A stretch of DNA of 64,000 nucleotides from an uncultured Gammaproteobacteria bacterium (GTDB lineage: Bacteria > Patescibacteriota > Patescibacteriia > UBA1558 > GWA2-36-10): the NCBI GenBank assembly GCA_964633905.1, contig CAZWIT010000003.1:3193-67192 (forward strand), in the 5' to 3' direction. A model generated the notes under the pieces. The model searched no databases. It saw nothing but the letters and a program-made list of their open reading frames with translations, and was not told the origin of the DNA. Positions 48,349-57,690 of this stretch are shown here, piece after piece (the first letter of the stretch is position 1; each line of letters begins with the position of its first letter). The translations under genes were made by a program, and so were the position numbers.

Positions 48349-49314
48349 ATGAAAAATCACCAACATATTAGTCAAGCTATTTGGCAAAAAATCCAAGCTG
48401 CTGAAAATATTTTATTATTCTCCCACCAAAGTCCAGATGGCGATACCTTGGGCTCTAATTTAGCTCTAGCTAAATATTTAAAAAATATTGGCAAACAAGT
48501 TACCAGCTTTTGCATAGACCCTGTGCCTGATAATTTAAAATTTTTGCCAAACTACCATTGGTTAGATTCTGACCATATTATTTTTACTAAAAAATACGAA
48601 GTAGTAATTGCTTTAGATTCTGGCAGCCTTGATTATGCTGGTGTTGAAAGTTTACTCACTGCTCTAAACGGCAATTTTAGTTTTATCAATATTGATCATC
48701 ACGCTTCTAATACGCATTATGGCCAAATAAATTTAGTAATACCCGACGCCTCTTCTACTGCTGAGGTTGTTTATCGCCTGCTTAAAGACTGGAATATAGA
48801 TTGGGATAGCGATATTGCCAATTGCCTAGCCTGCGGCCTAATCACCGATACTGGTGGCTTTAAAAACGCTGCTACTAGCTACTTATCTTTAAGCGCGGCC
48901 GCTGATTTACATCGTCAAGGCGCGAAGTTACAACACATTATCAATAAGACTATTAATAATACTGAATTCCAACATCTAAAATTATGGGGTAGAGCCTTAG
49001 CTAGATTGCAATCAAGTAAGCAATATCAACTGGTCTATACTTTTTTAACTCAGGCCGATTTTCAAGAATGTGGCGTAGATGGTAATAAAATAGAAGGCTT
49101 AAGTAACTTTCTGCATATCCTTAATGAAGGAAAAATTGTCTTAATACTTAAAGAGGATAATAATAATGCCATTCGTGGTTCATTGCGTACTAATACTAAT
49201 ATTGACTTAGCCAAACTTGCTAAAGCTTTTGGTGGTGGTGGCCACAAAAAAGCCTCCGGCTTTATCTTGCCAGGACGACTTGAGTATGTTAATAATAAAT
49301 TGAAAGTTGTGTAA
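48349..49314 (+). CDS. nrnA: Bifunctional oligoribonuclease/pAp phosphatase NrnA (DHH/DHHA1)
   Basis: HQSPDGDTLGS, NIDHHASN, TDTGGF, GGGGHKKASG. Confidence 0.9.
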   Translation: MKNHQHISQAIWQKIQAAENILLFSHQSPDGDTLGSNLALAKYLKNIGKQVTSFCIDPVPDNLKFLPNYHWLDSDHIIFTKKYEVVIALDSGSLDYAGVESLLTALNGNFSFINIDHHASNTHYGQINLVIPDASSTAEVVYRLLKDWNIDWDSDIANCLACGLITDTGGFKNAATSYLSLSAAADLHRQGAKLQHIINKTINNTEFQHLKLWGRALARLQSSKQYQLVYTFLTQADFQECGVDGNKIEGLSNFLHILNEGKIVLILKEDNNNAIRGSLRTNTNIDLAKLAKAFGGGGHKKASGFILPGRLEYVNNKLKVV

Positions 49315-49321
49315 ACAACTT

Positions 49322-49346
49322 TCATCCCGCACTTGTTGCGGGATCC
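49322..49346. repeat. REP-like half element
   Basis: TCATCCCGCACTTGTTGCGGGATCC hairpin, same GTCATCC..GGATC style as 63500-63629. Confidence 0.5.
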
Positions 49347-49380
49347 CAACTTAAAAATACCTTTAATAAAATATAAACAT

Positions 49381-49953
49381 ATGTTAATACCAACCGTTAT
49401 CGAAAAAGTTCCTGGCGGCGAAAGAGCCTACGATATCTACTCTCGCCTTTTAAAGGATAGGATTATTTTTTTAGGAGACGCTATTGATGATCGCGTAGCA
49501 AATATTATAATTGCTCAACTACTCTTTTTAGATGCCCAAGATAATACCAAGGCTATCAAAATGTATATCAACTGTCCCGGAGGCTCGGTTACTGATGGTT
49601 TAGCTATTTATGACACTATGCAGCATATCAAAAGCCCAGTCAGTACCATTGCCGTAGGGCTAGCTGCTTCTATGGCCGCTATACTATTAGCGGCTGGGTC
49701 AAAGGGTCAACGCTTTGCTTTACCAAACTCAGAAATACTCTTACACCAGATTATGGGTGGGGCTCAAGGTCAAGCCAGTGATATTAAAATCAAAGCTGAA
49801 CAAATATTAAAATTAAAAGACCGCTTAAATAAAATTATCCAACAACATACTGGGCAAGTTCTCAAAAAAATTGAAGGCGACACTGACCGCGATTATTATT
49901 TAACCCCCGAAGAAGCCAAAAATTATGGCTTGATAGACAAAATCATCAAATAA
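49381..49953 (+). CDS. clpP: ATP-dependent Clp protease proteolytic subunit
   Basis: [27 protein letters not shown] (catalytic Ser), LLHQ, DRDYY. Confidence 0.97.
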   Translation: MLIPTVIEKVPGGERAYDIYSRLLKDRIIFLGDAIDDRVANIIIAQLLFLDAQDNTKAIKMYINCPGGSVTDGLAIYDTMQHIKSPVSTIAVGLAASMAAILLAAGSKGQRFALPNSEILLHQIMGGAQGQASDIKIKAEQILKLKDRLNKIIQQHTGQVLKKIEGDTDRDYYLTPEEAKNYGLIDKIIK

Positions 49954-50002
49954 ATTTTGTCTAGATATTTACCACAAACGAAAAATGTGCTAATATATTT
50001 TC

Positions 50003-50131
50003 CAAGGTGAGTTTTGAGGATGCAAAACACCCTCAACACAAAAATCTCATCTAGAGATCATCGGTGCAGAACATCACTCATAGCCGAAAGACTTTGGTTG
50101 ATGTTATGCAATAGCCGATGATCTTTATTTT
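50003..50131 (+). ncRNA. Candidate two-hairpin small RNA
   Basis: TTTACC-17-TAATAT with TG extension upstream; two long hairpins with plus-strand G-U pairs; T-rich end; no ORF. Confidence 0.45.
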
Positions 50132-50200
50132 TGCAAAAAAAAGATTCTAGTTTTTACGTACAAAGCGCATAATATCGATTTAATTAAAAAATAAGCAATA

Positions 50201-50229
50201 TTGACTTTTTAGCCAATACTAAGTATAAT
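50201..50229 (+). promoter_or_regulatory. Sigma70 promoter about 255 bp upstream of rny
   Basis: TTGACT-17 bp-TATAAT. Confidence 0.75.
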
Positions 50230-50484
50230 GCTATTTGAGAATAATTATATTCTCAAACATCATTTTATTAAATAATTTACTGTTTTGGTTGCTTGACTAT
50301 TGTATATTTTTAGAAAATCATAAAATGGTTCAAGATTATACTTAAAGATAAGAATCAGTCCTAAATTCTCCAATGATTTATAAATTTTTTTCTCTAAAAA
50401 AATCTCTATTTACCTTTATATCAGGACGATTTTTGGTTTAAACTAAAAATTTTTTCCAAGCAGTAAACTGGAAAGCATCTAAAT

Positions 50485-51999
50485 ATGAATCCAATTTGGT
50501 TATTAGCCAGCTTAGCACTGGGCATGTTTTTGGGTTATGTAATTAAAAAATTCTTTATCCAACAAAACATAGACTCTGCTTCTAGAAAAGCTGAGCAATT
50601 CTTAGCCGAAGCTAGACAAAAACAAAAAGACATCCTACTTGAAGCCAAAGATAAATCTTTAGCCTTAATTGAGGAAGCAAAAAACGAAGAACGAGAAAGA
50701 CGTCATCAATTACAAGAAATGGAAAACCGTCTTAGTAAAAGAGAGGCCTTGTTTGATAAAAAATTACTCGACCTTGAAAATAACAAACAGGCACTAGAAC
50801 AATCTCAAAAACATTTAGAAAAAAATAAAGAAGAAATAAAGCAAATTAAAGAAGAACAGCTTCTTAAGCTTGAAAAAATTGCTGCCTTAAGTCAAGCTGA
50901 AGCTAAAGAGGTATTGCTAAATAATACCGAGACCCGAATGAAAGATGAGCTCTTACACCGTATTCGTAAACTCGAAAATGAAGCTAGCGAAGAATTAGAG
51001 AGCAAGGCAAAATCAATACTAACCTCCGTAATTGAAAGGTGTGCTGCTCCTCATACAGTTGAGATAACTACTACTGCCGTTGATTTGCCCAATGAAGAAA
51101 TGAAGGGTCGTATTATCGGACGCGAAGGTAGAAATATAAAAACTATTGAACAATTAACTGGTGTTGAAATTATTATTGATGACACTCCTCAATCAATTCT
51201 CATTTCTGCTTTTAATCCTATCCGTCGACAACTCGCTAAAAGATCATTAGAAAAATTAATGGTCGATGGCCGCATTCACCCTGGTCGCATTGAAGAAGCA
51301 ATTACGCAAGCTAAAAAAGATTTGGCTTTAGATATTAAAAAAGCTGGCGAAGAAGCTGCCTACCAAGCAGGCATTGTTGGTTTGGATAGTAAACTATTAC
51401 AAATTTTAGGTCGTTTAAAATACCGTACTAGCTATGGCCAAAATCAATTACAACATGCTTTAGAAGTTTCCCACTTAGCCGGCTTACTAGCAGCTGAACT
51501 TAAAGCTGATATTTCTATCTGTAAAAAAGGTGGCCTACTACATGATATTGGTAAGGCTTTAGACCATGAAATTCAAGGTTCACACCCAGAAATTGGCTAT
51601 GATTTATTGAAAAAATTTGGTTTACCCGAAGAAGTAGCCTACATGTCCACTGCTCATCATGAAGACAAACCTAGAACCTTAGAAGGGATTATTGTTAAAA
51701 TTGCTGATGCAATTTCAGGATCCAGACCTGGTGCTCGTAGAGACTCTTTTGAAGACTATATCCAACGTTTAACTGAACTAGAAGATACTGCCAAATCTTT
51801 TGCTGGCGTTGAAAAAGCCTATGCCATTCAAGCTGGCCGCGAAATCCGTGTCTTTGTCTCACCTGAAGAAATTGATGACTACAAAGCCACAATTCTAGCC
51901 CGTGATATTGCTAATAAAATTGAAGCTGAACTTAAATATCCTGGGGAAATCAAAGTAACTATTATCAGAGAGAAAAGAGTAACTGAATATGCCCGTTAA
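50485..51999 (+). CDS. rny: Ribonuclease Y
   Basis: TM anchor, coiled coil, KH motif MKGRIIGREGRNI, HD motif LLHDIGK, ADAISGSRPGAR. Confidence 0.97.
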   Translation: MNPIWLLASLALGMFLGYVIKKFFIQQNIDSASRKAEQFLAEARQKQKDILLEAKDKSLALIEEAKNEERERRHQLQEMENRLSKREALFDKKLLDLENNKQALEQSQKHLEKNKEEIKQIKEEQLLKLEKIAALSQAEAKEVLLNNTETRMKDELLHRIRKLENEASEELESKAKSILTSVIERCAAPHTVEITTTAVDLPNEEMKGRIIGREGRNIKTIEQLTGVEIIIDDTPQSILISAFNPIRRQLAKRSLEKLMVDGRIHPGRIEEAITQAKKDLALDIKKAGEEAAYQAGIVGLDSKLLQILGRLKYRTSYGQNQLQHALEVSHLAGLLAAELKADISICKKGGLLHDIGKALDHEIQGSHPEIGYDLLKKFGLPEEVAYMSTAHHEDKPRTLEGIIVKIADAISGSRPGARRDSFEDYIQRLTELEDTAKSFAGVEKAYAIQAGREIRVFVSPEEIDDYKATILARDIANKIEAELKYPGEIKVTIIREKRVTEYAR

Positions 52000-52783
52000 A
52001 AATATAAAAATATTATTTTTTGGCGATGTGGTTGGCTCCATTGGTCGTCAAGGAATAAAAAATATTTTACCCCAATGGCTAAAGAAATATAGGCCAGATT
52101 TAGTTATTGCCAATATTGAAAATTTAGCGCACGGTTCAGGCCTTACTGAAAAAACCGTTGCTGATATTCAAACGACTGGCGTCCAAATTTATACTGGCGG
52201 TAACCATACTTGGCGCAAAGAAAGTTTAGATAAATTCTTAGATCTAAAAATCGCCACTGCTCTCAATGACTCTCGCACTATAGCTGAACACCGCTATCAA
52301 AAAATAATAATTAATGATACCAAAATTGTAGTTATAAACTTATTAGGTGAAAGCTTAAATAATAAAGACAATACTATCACTAACCCATTTCTAAGTATCA
52401 AAGAAATATTGCCAGAGTTTGCTGACAGCATAATAATCGTCGATATGCACGCTGAGCTAACCAGTGAAAAAAGAGGGATGGGATTTTTACTTGATGGTAA
52501 GGCTAGTGCTGTCATTGGTACCCATACCCACGTGCCAACTGCTGATGCTCAAATTTTAACAAAAGGCACTGGCTACATCACTGATGTTGGTATGGTAGGA
52601 GCTTTTAATTCTAGTCTAGGTATTGATAAAGACCTAATGCTAGAAAGATTTTTAACTGGCGCGGCAGTTCGTCATGAATTACCTGAGTCTAGCCAAATTG
52701 AAATAAATGCAGTATTATTAGAAATAGATAAAATGAGTAAAAAATGTATTTCAATTACTCATTTAAGAGAAATAATAAATTAA
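51989..52783 (+). CDS. ymdB: YmdB/TIGR00282 metallophosphoesterase
   Basis: FGDVVG, ANIENLAHG, GGNH, DMHAELTSEK, GTHTHVPTAD; follows rny. Confidence 0.92.
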   Translation: MPVKNIKILFFGDVVGSIGRQGIKNILPQWLKKYRPDLVIANIENLAHGSGLTEKTVADIQTTGVQIYTGGNHTWRKESLDKFLDLKIATALNDSRTIAEHRYQKIIINDTKIVVINLLGESLNNKDNTITNPFLSIKEILPEFADSIIIVDMHAELTSEKRGMGFLLDGKASAVIGTHTHVPTADAQILTKGTGYITDVGMVGAFNSSLGIDKDLMLERFLTGAAVRHELPESSQIEINAVLLEIDKMSKKCISITHLREIIN

Positions 52784-52792
52784 GTTAAACAT

Positions 52793-53077
52793 ATGCATAA
52801 AGCTCAGCTAATAGAAAGCCTAAGCATTAAAGCTGGCGTCAGTAAAAAACAAGTTGAAGATGTTTTACAGGCACTAGAAGACCTAACTATTGAGACTTTA
52901 CGGACTGGTGGAGAAATCACTTTAACTGGCTTTGGCACATTTTCAGCGCGTCGTCGCACTAGTAGGCGTGGCGTTAATCCACAAAATCCTACTGAGACTA
53001 TTACTATACCAGAAGTAGTAGTTCCTAAATTTAAAGCTGGTAAAACTCTCAAAGACGCTTTGAAAAAAACTGCTTAA
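52793..53077 (+). CDS. hup: HU-family DNA-binding protein
   Basis: MHKAQLI, LTGFGTFS, GVNPQ, VPKFKAGKTLK. Confidence 0.94.
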   Translation: MHKAQLIESLSIKAGVSKKQVEDVLQALEDLTIETLRTGGEITLTGFGTFSARRRTSRRGVNPQNPTETITIPEVVVPKFKAGKTLKDALKKTA

Positions 53078-53083
53078 AAATAA

Positions 53084-53114
53084 AAAATTGCCCCACTAAA
53101 GCTGGGGTAATTTT
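53084..53114 (+). terminator. Intrinsic terminator after the HU gene
   Basis: AAATTGCCCCA-loop-TGGGGTAATTTT. Confidence 0.7.
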
Positions 53115-53128
53115 ATTTGAAAAAAAAT

Positions 53129-53797
53129 ATGAAACTACAATTAAAAAATATCAAACAAGATGCCCGCATCAACTCTTTTATTGACCACACCGATAAATAT
53201 TTAAGAGCTTTGGGCTATACTGACCATGGCCGACGCCACTTAACAATTGTTAGTGACCGCTCCCGAGAATTAGCTAAAAAAATTGGTCTAAATAATATTG
53301 AACAAGAATCAGCTGCTATTGCTGGCTGGTGCCATGATATGGGCAATTTTTTAGGTCGAACACAACACCATTATTGGGCAGCCATGTTATTTTCACAATG
53401 CTACATCAATCAAAGTAACGACTCTAATCAAATTGCTACAATTATCCAGGCCATCACCTCCCATGACAAAGATGATTTGAAAATAGTTGATAAAATAACA
53501 GCCTGCTTGATTATCGCTGATAAATCAGACGTTCATCGCTCAAGGGTAATTAATAAAAAAATACATAATATCAAATCTGATATCCACGACCGAGTTAACT
53601 ATGCCGTTACTGACAATAAATTATTAGTTAATAATAAAAATAAGACTATCACTTTAGTCTTAAAACTAGACACCAAATTTACCGATATGATGGATTACTT
53701 CACTATTTTTATTGAGCGCATGACCTATTGTGAAAAGGCTGCCCAATTTTTAAAATATGAATTTAAATTAAAGATAAATAATACTACTCTAGCTTAA
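53129..53797 (+). CDS. HD-domain phosphohydrolase (COG3294-like)
   Basis: GYTDHGRRH, CHDMGN, IIADKSDVHRSRV, HDRVNYAV. Confidence 0.85.
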   Translation: MKLQLKNIKQDARINSFIDHTDKYLRALGYTDHGRRHLTIVSDRSRELAKKIGLNNIEQESAAIAGWCHDMGNFLGRTQHHYWAAMLFSQCYINQSNDSNQIATIIQAITSHDKDDLKIVDKITACLIIADKSDVHRSRVINKKIHNIKSDIHDRVNYAVTDNKLLVNNKNKTITLVLKLDTKFTDMMDYFTIFIERMTYCEKAAQFLKYEFKLKINNTTLA

Positions 53798-54599
53798 ATA
53801 CTAAGCCTACTTTAGAGCCGACAGCAGCATGCTTGGCTTCATCCCAATCAGCAATAGAATACATTAAATTATCTTGAGTATAGATAAAGTCTGCTCCCAA
53901 TCTAGTGCCTGGGTCATTGGTAATAAATTTATCACCCGTATAACCCTTAATGACTAAAACATGATAAGCTGGTCCGCCATTTCTAAAATTTGGATTATTT
54001 AATTTTTTACCATCAGCAGGCACAATCACTGGCTTGCCCTGATCTAAAAGAGATTTTATCTTAGCAACTGTCAAATCGCTAACTATTTCCGTTTTTTGAT
54101 TATACATAGCCAAGGCTAAATCTGCTTCTTTGCTAATTGGCAATTCTGGGTGGCTGCCCCAATTATTAATTTGCCAATCTACCATATCAATAATTATTTT
54201 TTCGACTGCCGATTTATCTGGCATTTTTTTATTTTGATAATAATAATATACCATCATTAAACTAGCCTCTTCGCAGGCATTTTGAAATGGTTCAGCCCAA
54301 TTGGCAGTTGGCGCTTGCGAAGTAAATGGTACATTTAAATTAATTTGATCTCTAGTTACAACTAAAGGCTCAATATTTTCATTTACAACCGGCCTAGAAT
54401 TTGTACTTGTATTAGCTATTGATGGTTTGATAGTAGAAGTAGCAATAATTAGATCTAAATTCTGATTCACAAAATCCTGATAATCTTGAGCTGGCGGCAA
54501 AACAAGTGATGCTTTAGTATTAAAAAATTTCTGATAAATAAAAAAGGACGCTAAAATAAGCACCGCTAATAATATTATATACTTTATATTTTTCATCAT
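53784..54599 (-). CDS. Membrane-anchored C39-like (papain-fold) peptidase
   Basis: LNVPFTSQAP, ACEEAS (Cys), YHVLVIKGY (His), TNDPGT. Confidence 0.82.
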   Translation of the reverse strand: MMKNIKYIILLAVLILASFFIYQKFFNTKASLVLPPAQDYQDFVNQNLDLIIATSTIKPSIANTSTNSRPVVNENIEPLVVTRDQINLNVPFTSQAPTANWAEPFQNACEEASLMMVYYYYQNKKMPDKSAVEKIIIDMVDWQINNWGSHPELPISKEADLALAMYNQKTEIVSDLTVAKIKSLLDQGKPVIVPADGKKLNNPNFRNGGPAYHVLVIKGYTGDKFITNDPGTRLGADFIYTQDNLMYSIADWDEAKHAAVGSKVGLVFKLE

Positions 54600-54701
54600 A
54601 TGACTATTATAAACTGTTTTCTAATTATTGACAAAAGTTTAGGCTAAGATATGATTAATATAGTTGTATGTACCTCAATCAAACAGTCAGAAAGGATAAA
54701 A

Positions 54702-55004
54702 ATGGAACAGCTACTAATTGCCTTGGTTCTACTGATAATCATCAATGTTTCTAGTCTTATTTATATGTTGCACTTTCACCAACAAATCAAAGCTATGCCG
54801 GTACCATTTATACTGCTCGGTATTTTTGGAGCTGATCTTGGTCTAATGATCATTTTAATTGCTATCATTGTTTTGATTTTTAATGGTTTTGATATTCATA
54901 ATAGCAAAATTATTAAAACCTTAGTACAGCTAGCCATTATCCTACTTAGTATCAGCATCATTAGTTGTTGTATTAATATCAAACGTGCTAAAAAAAATAT
55001 ATAA
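54702..55004 (+). CDS. Small orphan membrane protein (3 TM helices)
   Basis: TTGACA..TATGAT promoter at 54628-54655 and AAAGGA before ATG 54702 favour this start. Confidence 0.6.
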   Translation: MEQLLIALVLLIIINVSSLIYMLHFHQQIKAMPVPFILLGIFGADLGLMIILIAIIVLIFNGFDIHNSKIIKTLVQLAIILLSISIISCCINIKRAKKNI

Positions 55005-55022
55005 CCTGACTGTCCCCTAGTG

Positions 55023-55082
55023 AAGCTCAACCTTGGTTGAGCTTTTTATTAATACAAAAAAAGATCAGCGCATGCTGATCTT
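55023..55082. terminator. Back-to-back terminators of convergent genes
   Basis: AAGCTCAACC-TT-GGTTGAGCTTTTT (plus strand) and AAAAAAAGATCAGC-GCAT-GCTGATCTT (minus strand). Confidence 0.75.
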
Positions 55083-55106
55083 AAATCTAGTTTTTTAGGC
55101 TTGTGC

Positions 55107-55274
55107 CTAAAAGGTGGAAGGAACATTGCTTGCCATATTACTGACTACAGTATCGACTATAGTAAGAATATTAGTCAGAATCTGCAAGAGCTGCTGAGCT
55201 AAATTGGGGGCGAACATTTTGAACAAAATCACTAAAAATATTAGTTGGAAAAATCCATATAAAGCACGAAACAT
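55107..55274 (-). CDS. Small hydrophobic protein (55 aa), not in the ORF track
   Basis: MFRALYGFFQLIFLVILFKMFAPNLAQQLLQILTNILTIVDTVVSNMASNVPSTF*, followed by a minus-strand terminator. Confidence 0.6.
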   Translation of the reverse strand: MFRALYGFFQLIFLVILFKMFAPNLAQQLLQILTNILTIVDTVVSNMASNVPSTF

Positions 55275-55573
55275 ATGCTTGTGATTTAAGGCTAAGCCTT
55301 AGGAGAATATTTACCGGATGATTCGACTTCATCCTAGGGCTTAGTTGTCCAAGATATTCTCTTCAGGTAAAATACCCTCAAAAAAACCTTATTTTAAAGG
55401 CACTTGCCTGAAGAGAATTGTCCGCTAATTTAATGTACAAATATACCTTCTATATAATAAGACGGCCAAATATGCCAATATATTACAGTTATTTTAACGT
55501 GCTAAGCTAATAAATAAGCTAACTTCAAGCTTCTTGAGTATAATTTACTAAACTAAAATCAATACCCCACCAA

Positions 55574-57085
55574 CTACTGTCCCCAAAGCTTATTACGATA
55601 TTGCAAAGCTTCCAAAACATGCTTAAGCATAATATCATTACCACTCTCTAAATCCGCAATCGTACGAGCTACTTTTAAGACCTTAAAATAACCACGAGCA
55701 GTCAAAGCCATTTTATCAACTGCTTGATTTAAAATTTTTTGTGAATCAAGATCTAGTTTACAATAACTCCGACAAGCACTGACAGACATATCCGCGTTTA
55801 AAATATTTTGCCCCAATCTTTTATATTGTTTTAGTCTAGCACTCAACACTCTTTGTTTGATGAAACTAGATTTTTCCTGCTTTTCATCTTTATTTGTTAA
55901 ATCTAAACTTTTTACTTTACTTAAACCTAAATGCAAATCAATACGATCAAGTAATGGACCTGATAATCTTTTCTGATAACGCTTAATGTCATTGTGTCCA
56001 CAAATACACGCCTGTTCTAAATCGCCTGCATAGCCACAAGGGCAAGGATTAGCAGTCGCTAACATTATAAAATTAGCTGGAAAATCCAATGAGCCCTTAA
56101 CTCGTGAAACTGTAATTACTTTATCTTCCAAAGGTTGCCGCAGAGCTTCTAAAACTGCCCGCGGAAATTCTAAAATCTCATCTAAAAACAAAACACTACG
56201 GTGCGCCAAAGAAATTTCTCCTGGTCTGGGCCAAGAACCACCGCCAATCATAGCAGCCACCGAAGCAGAATGATGGGGCGAACGTAATATTCTCTGTTGG
56301 ATTAAATATTGCTCTTGAGAAAGCAAACCGGCTAAACTATATATCTTACTTATTTCTAAACTTTCAGAAAAATTTAAAGGTGGCAGAATAGATAAAAAAC
56401 TTTTAGCAAGCATTGTCTTGCCTGCTCCTGGTGGACCAACTAATAAAACATTATGACCACCAGCAGCGCTAATTTCTAAAGCTCTTTTAGCTTCTCTTTG
56501 ACCTTTAATATCAAAAAAATCATAGGTATTATTTTCGATTTGCTCTTGCCAGTTAGCTGCTAACACTTTATCTAATTTTAATTTTCCAGAAAAATGATCA
56601 ATTAACTGACGCAAGTTATCTAAAGGATAAATATCAATATCTTTTATTAGACTCGCCTCTCTAGAATTAGCAGCTGGTAAAAAAACTTGCTGAAAACCTC
56701 TTTCCTTAAGACTAGAAACCATTACTAATATACCAGGCACTGCTTTCAATTCCCCACTTAAAGATAATTCACCAATAAAAGCAATTTTGGCTGTTGGTAA
56801 AAATAAATCACCATTTGCTACTAACACAGCCACGGCCATAGGCAGGTCATAAGAACTCCCTTCTTTACGAATTTGGGCTGGCGCTAAATTAATTACTACT
56901 TTTTGCCGCGGAAATTTTAAATCGCTATTATCAATAGCTGCCCAAACACGCTCTTTTGCTTCTTGCACTGTCATATCTGGTAAACCAACCACAATTATCC
57001 TGGGCAAATGCCGTGATAAATTAGCTTCTACCTCCACTAAAACTCCTTTTAAGCCAAAAGTAGCAATAGTATAAATTTTTTTCAT
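55574..57085 (-). CDS. comM: YifB/ComM Mg-chelatase-like AAA+ ATPase
   Basis: IVVGLPD..VQEAKERV, INLAPA, GPPGAGKT, RSPHHSAS, PGEISLAH, NPCPCG, SGPLLDRID. Confidence 0.93.
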   Translation of the reverse strand: MKKIYTIATFGLKGVLVEVEANLSRHLPRIIVVGLPDMTVQEAKERVWAAIDNSDLKFPRQKVVINLAPAQIRKEGSSYDLPMAVAVLVANGDLFLPTAKIAFIGELSLSGELKAVPGILVMVSSLKERGFQQVFLPAANSREASLIKDIDIYPLDNLRQLIDHFSGKLKLDKVLAANWQEQIENNTYDFFDIKGQREAKRALEISAAGGHNVLLVGPPGAGKTMLAKSFLSILPPLNFSESLEISKIYSLAGLLSQEQYLIQQRILRSPHHSASVAAMIGGGSWPRPGEISLAHRSVLFLDEILEFPRAVLEALRQPLEDKVITVSRVKGSLDFPANFIMLATANPCPCGYAGDLEQACICGHNDIKRYQKRLSGPLLDRIDLHLGLSKVKSLDLTNKDEKQEKSSFIKQRVLSARLKQYKRLGQNILNADMSVSACRSYCKLDLDSQKILNQAVDKMALTARGYFKVLKVARTIADLESGNDIMLKHVLEALQYRNKLWGQ

Positions 57086-57244
57086 AAAAAAATCGCCTTA
57101 TTTCAAGAAAAGCGATCAGCTCATTGGCCCTACCCATGCCTGGCGGCCTAAAAATAAATTGTCTTGGCTTAACTTTCTTAAGGCTAAACCTCTAATCGCT
57201 TTTCTTGTTGTTTGTATCTTAAATAATATGAAAAAAAATGTCAA
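57086..57244 (-). promoter_or_regulatory. comM promoter and structured leader (candidate attenuator)
   Basis: TTGACA-17-TAAGAT (57244-57216). A 13-bp stem (57195-57207 / 57104-57116) competes with a terminator-like hairpin (57092-57116) followed by a U-tract. Confidence 0.6.
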
Positions 57245-57254
57245 GAAAATTAAG

Positions 57255-57683
57255 TTAAACTTTATTTTTTTTAGTTTTCTTAAGCTCATCAACTAAGAGC
57301 CAAATAACTCCTAATGATATATAAACATCGCTCAAATTAATCACAGTTAAACCGAAAAAATTTATAAAATCAATCACCCCGCCCTGATATATTCTATCTA
57401 ATAAATTACTAATAGCCCCAATAATAATTAAGGCCCAGGGCCAGATTAAAATACTAACTTTTTTAAGAGCTTGTAAATAAAAATAAAACAAAGTAACTAT
57501 AATCACTACTAAAAAAATATACAAATATGCACTAGGCAGGACCCAAAACCAAGCAATATTCTGATTTAATTCAAAAACCAAAAAGCCACCTGACTGTAGA
57601 GTTGTGGCTTTAATTAAAATATAATATTTAGATAAACGATCTAAGACAAATAGTAACAATAAGACTAAATAATGCTTTAGCAT
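57255..57683 (-). CDS. lspA: Signal peptidase II (lipoprotein signal peptidase)
   Basis: LDRLSK, NQNIAW, GAISNLLDRI, GVIDFI, NLSD. Confidence 0.85.
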   Translation of the reverse strand: MLKHYLVLLLLFVLDRLSKYYILIKATTLQSGGFLVFELNQNIAWFWVLPSAYLYIFLVVIIVTLFYFYLQALKKVSILIWPWALIIIGAISNLLDRIYQGGVIDFINFFGLTVINLSDVYISLGVIWLLVDELKKTKKNKV

Positions 57684-57690
57684 TCTAATA

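Noticed and set aside
50008-50131. SRP RNA or c-di-GMP-I riboswitch
   Set aside because: It lacks the SRP helix-8 CAGG..GGAA..AGCAG motif; only a partial GATGCAAAAC resemblance to the riboswitch, without the other conserved elements.
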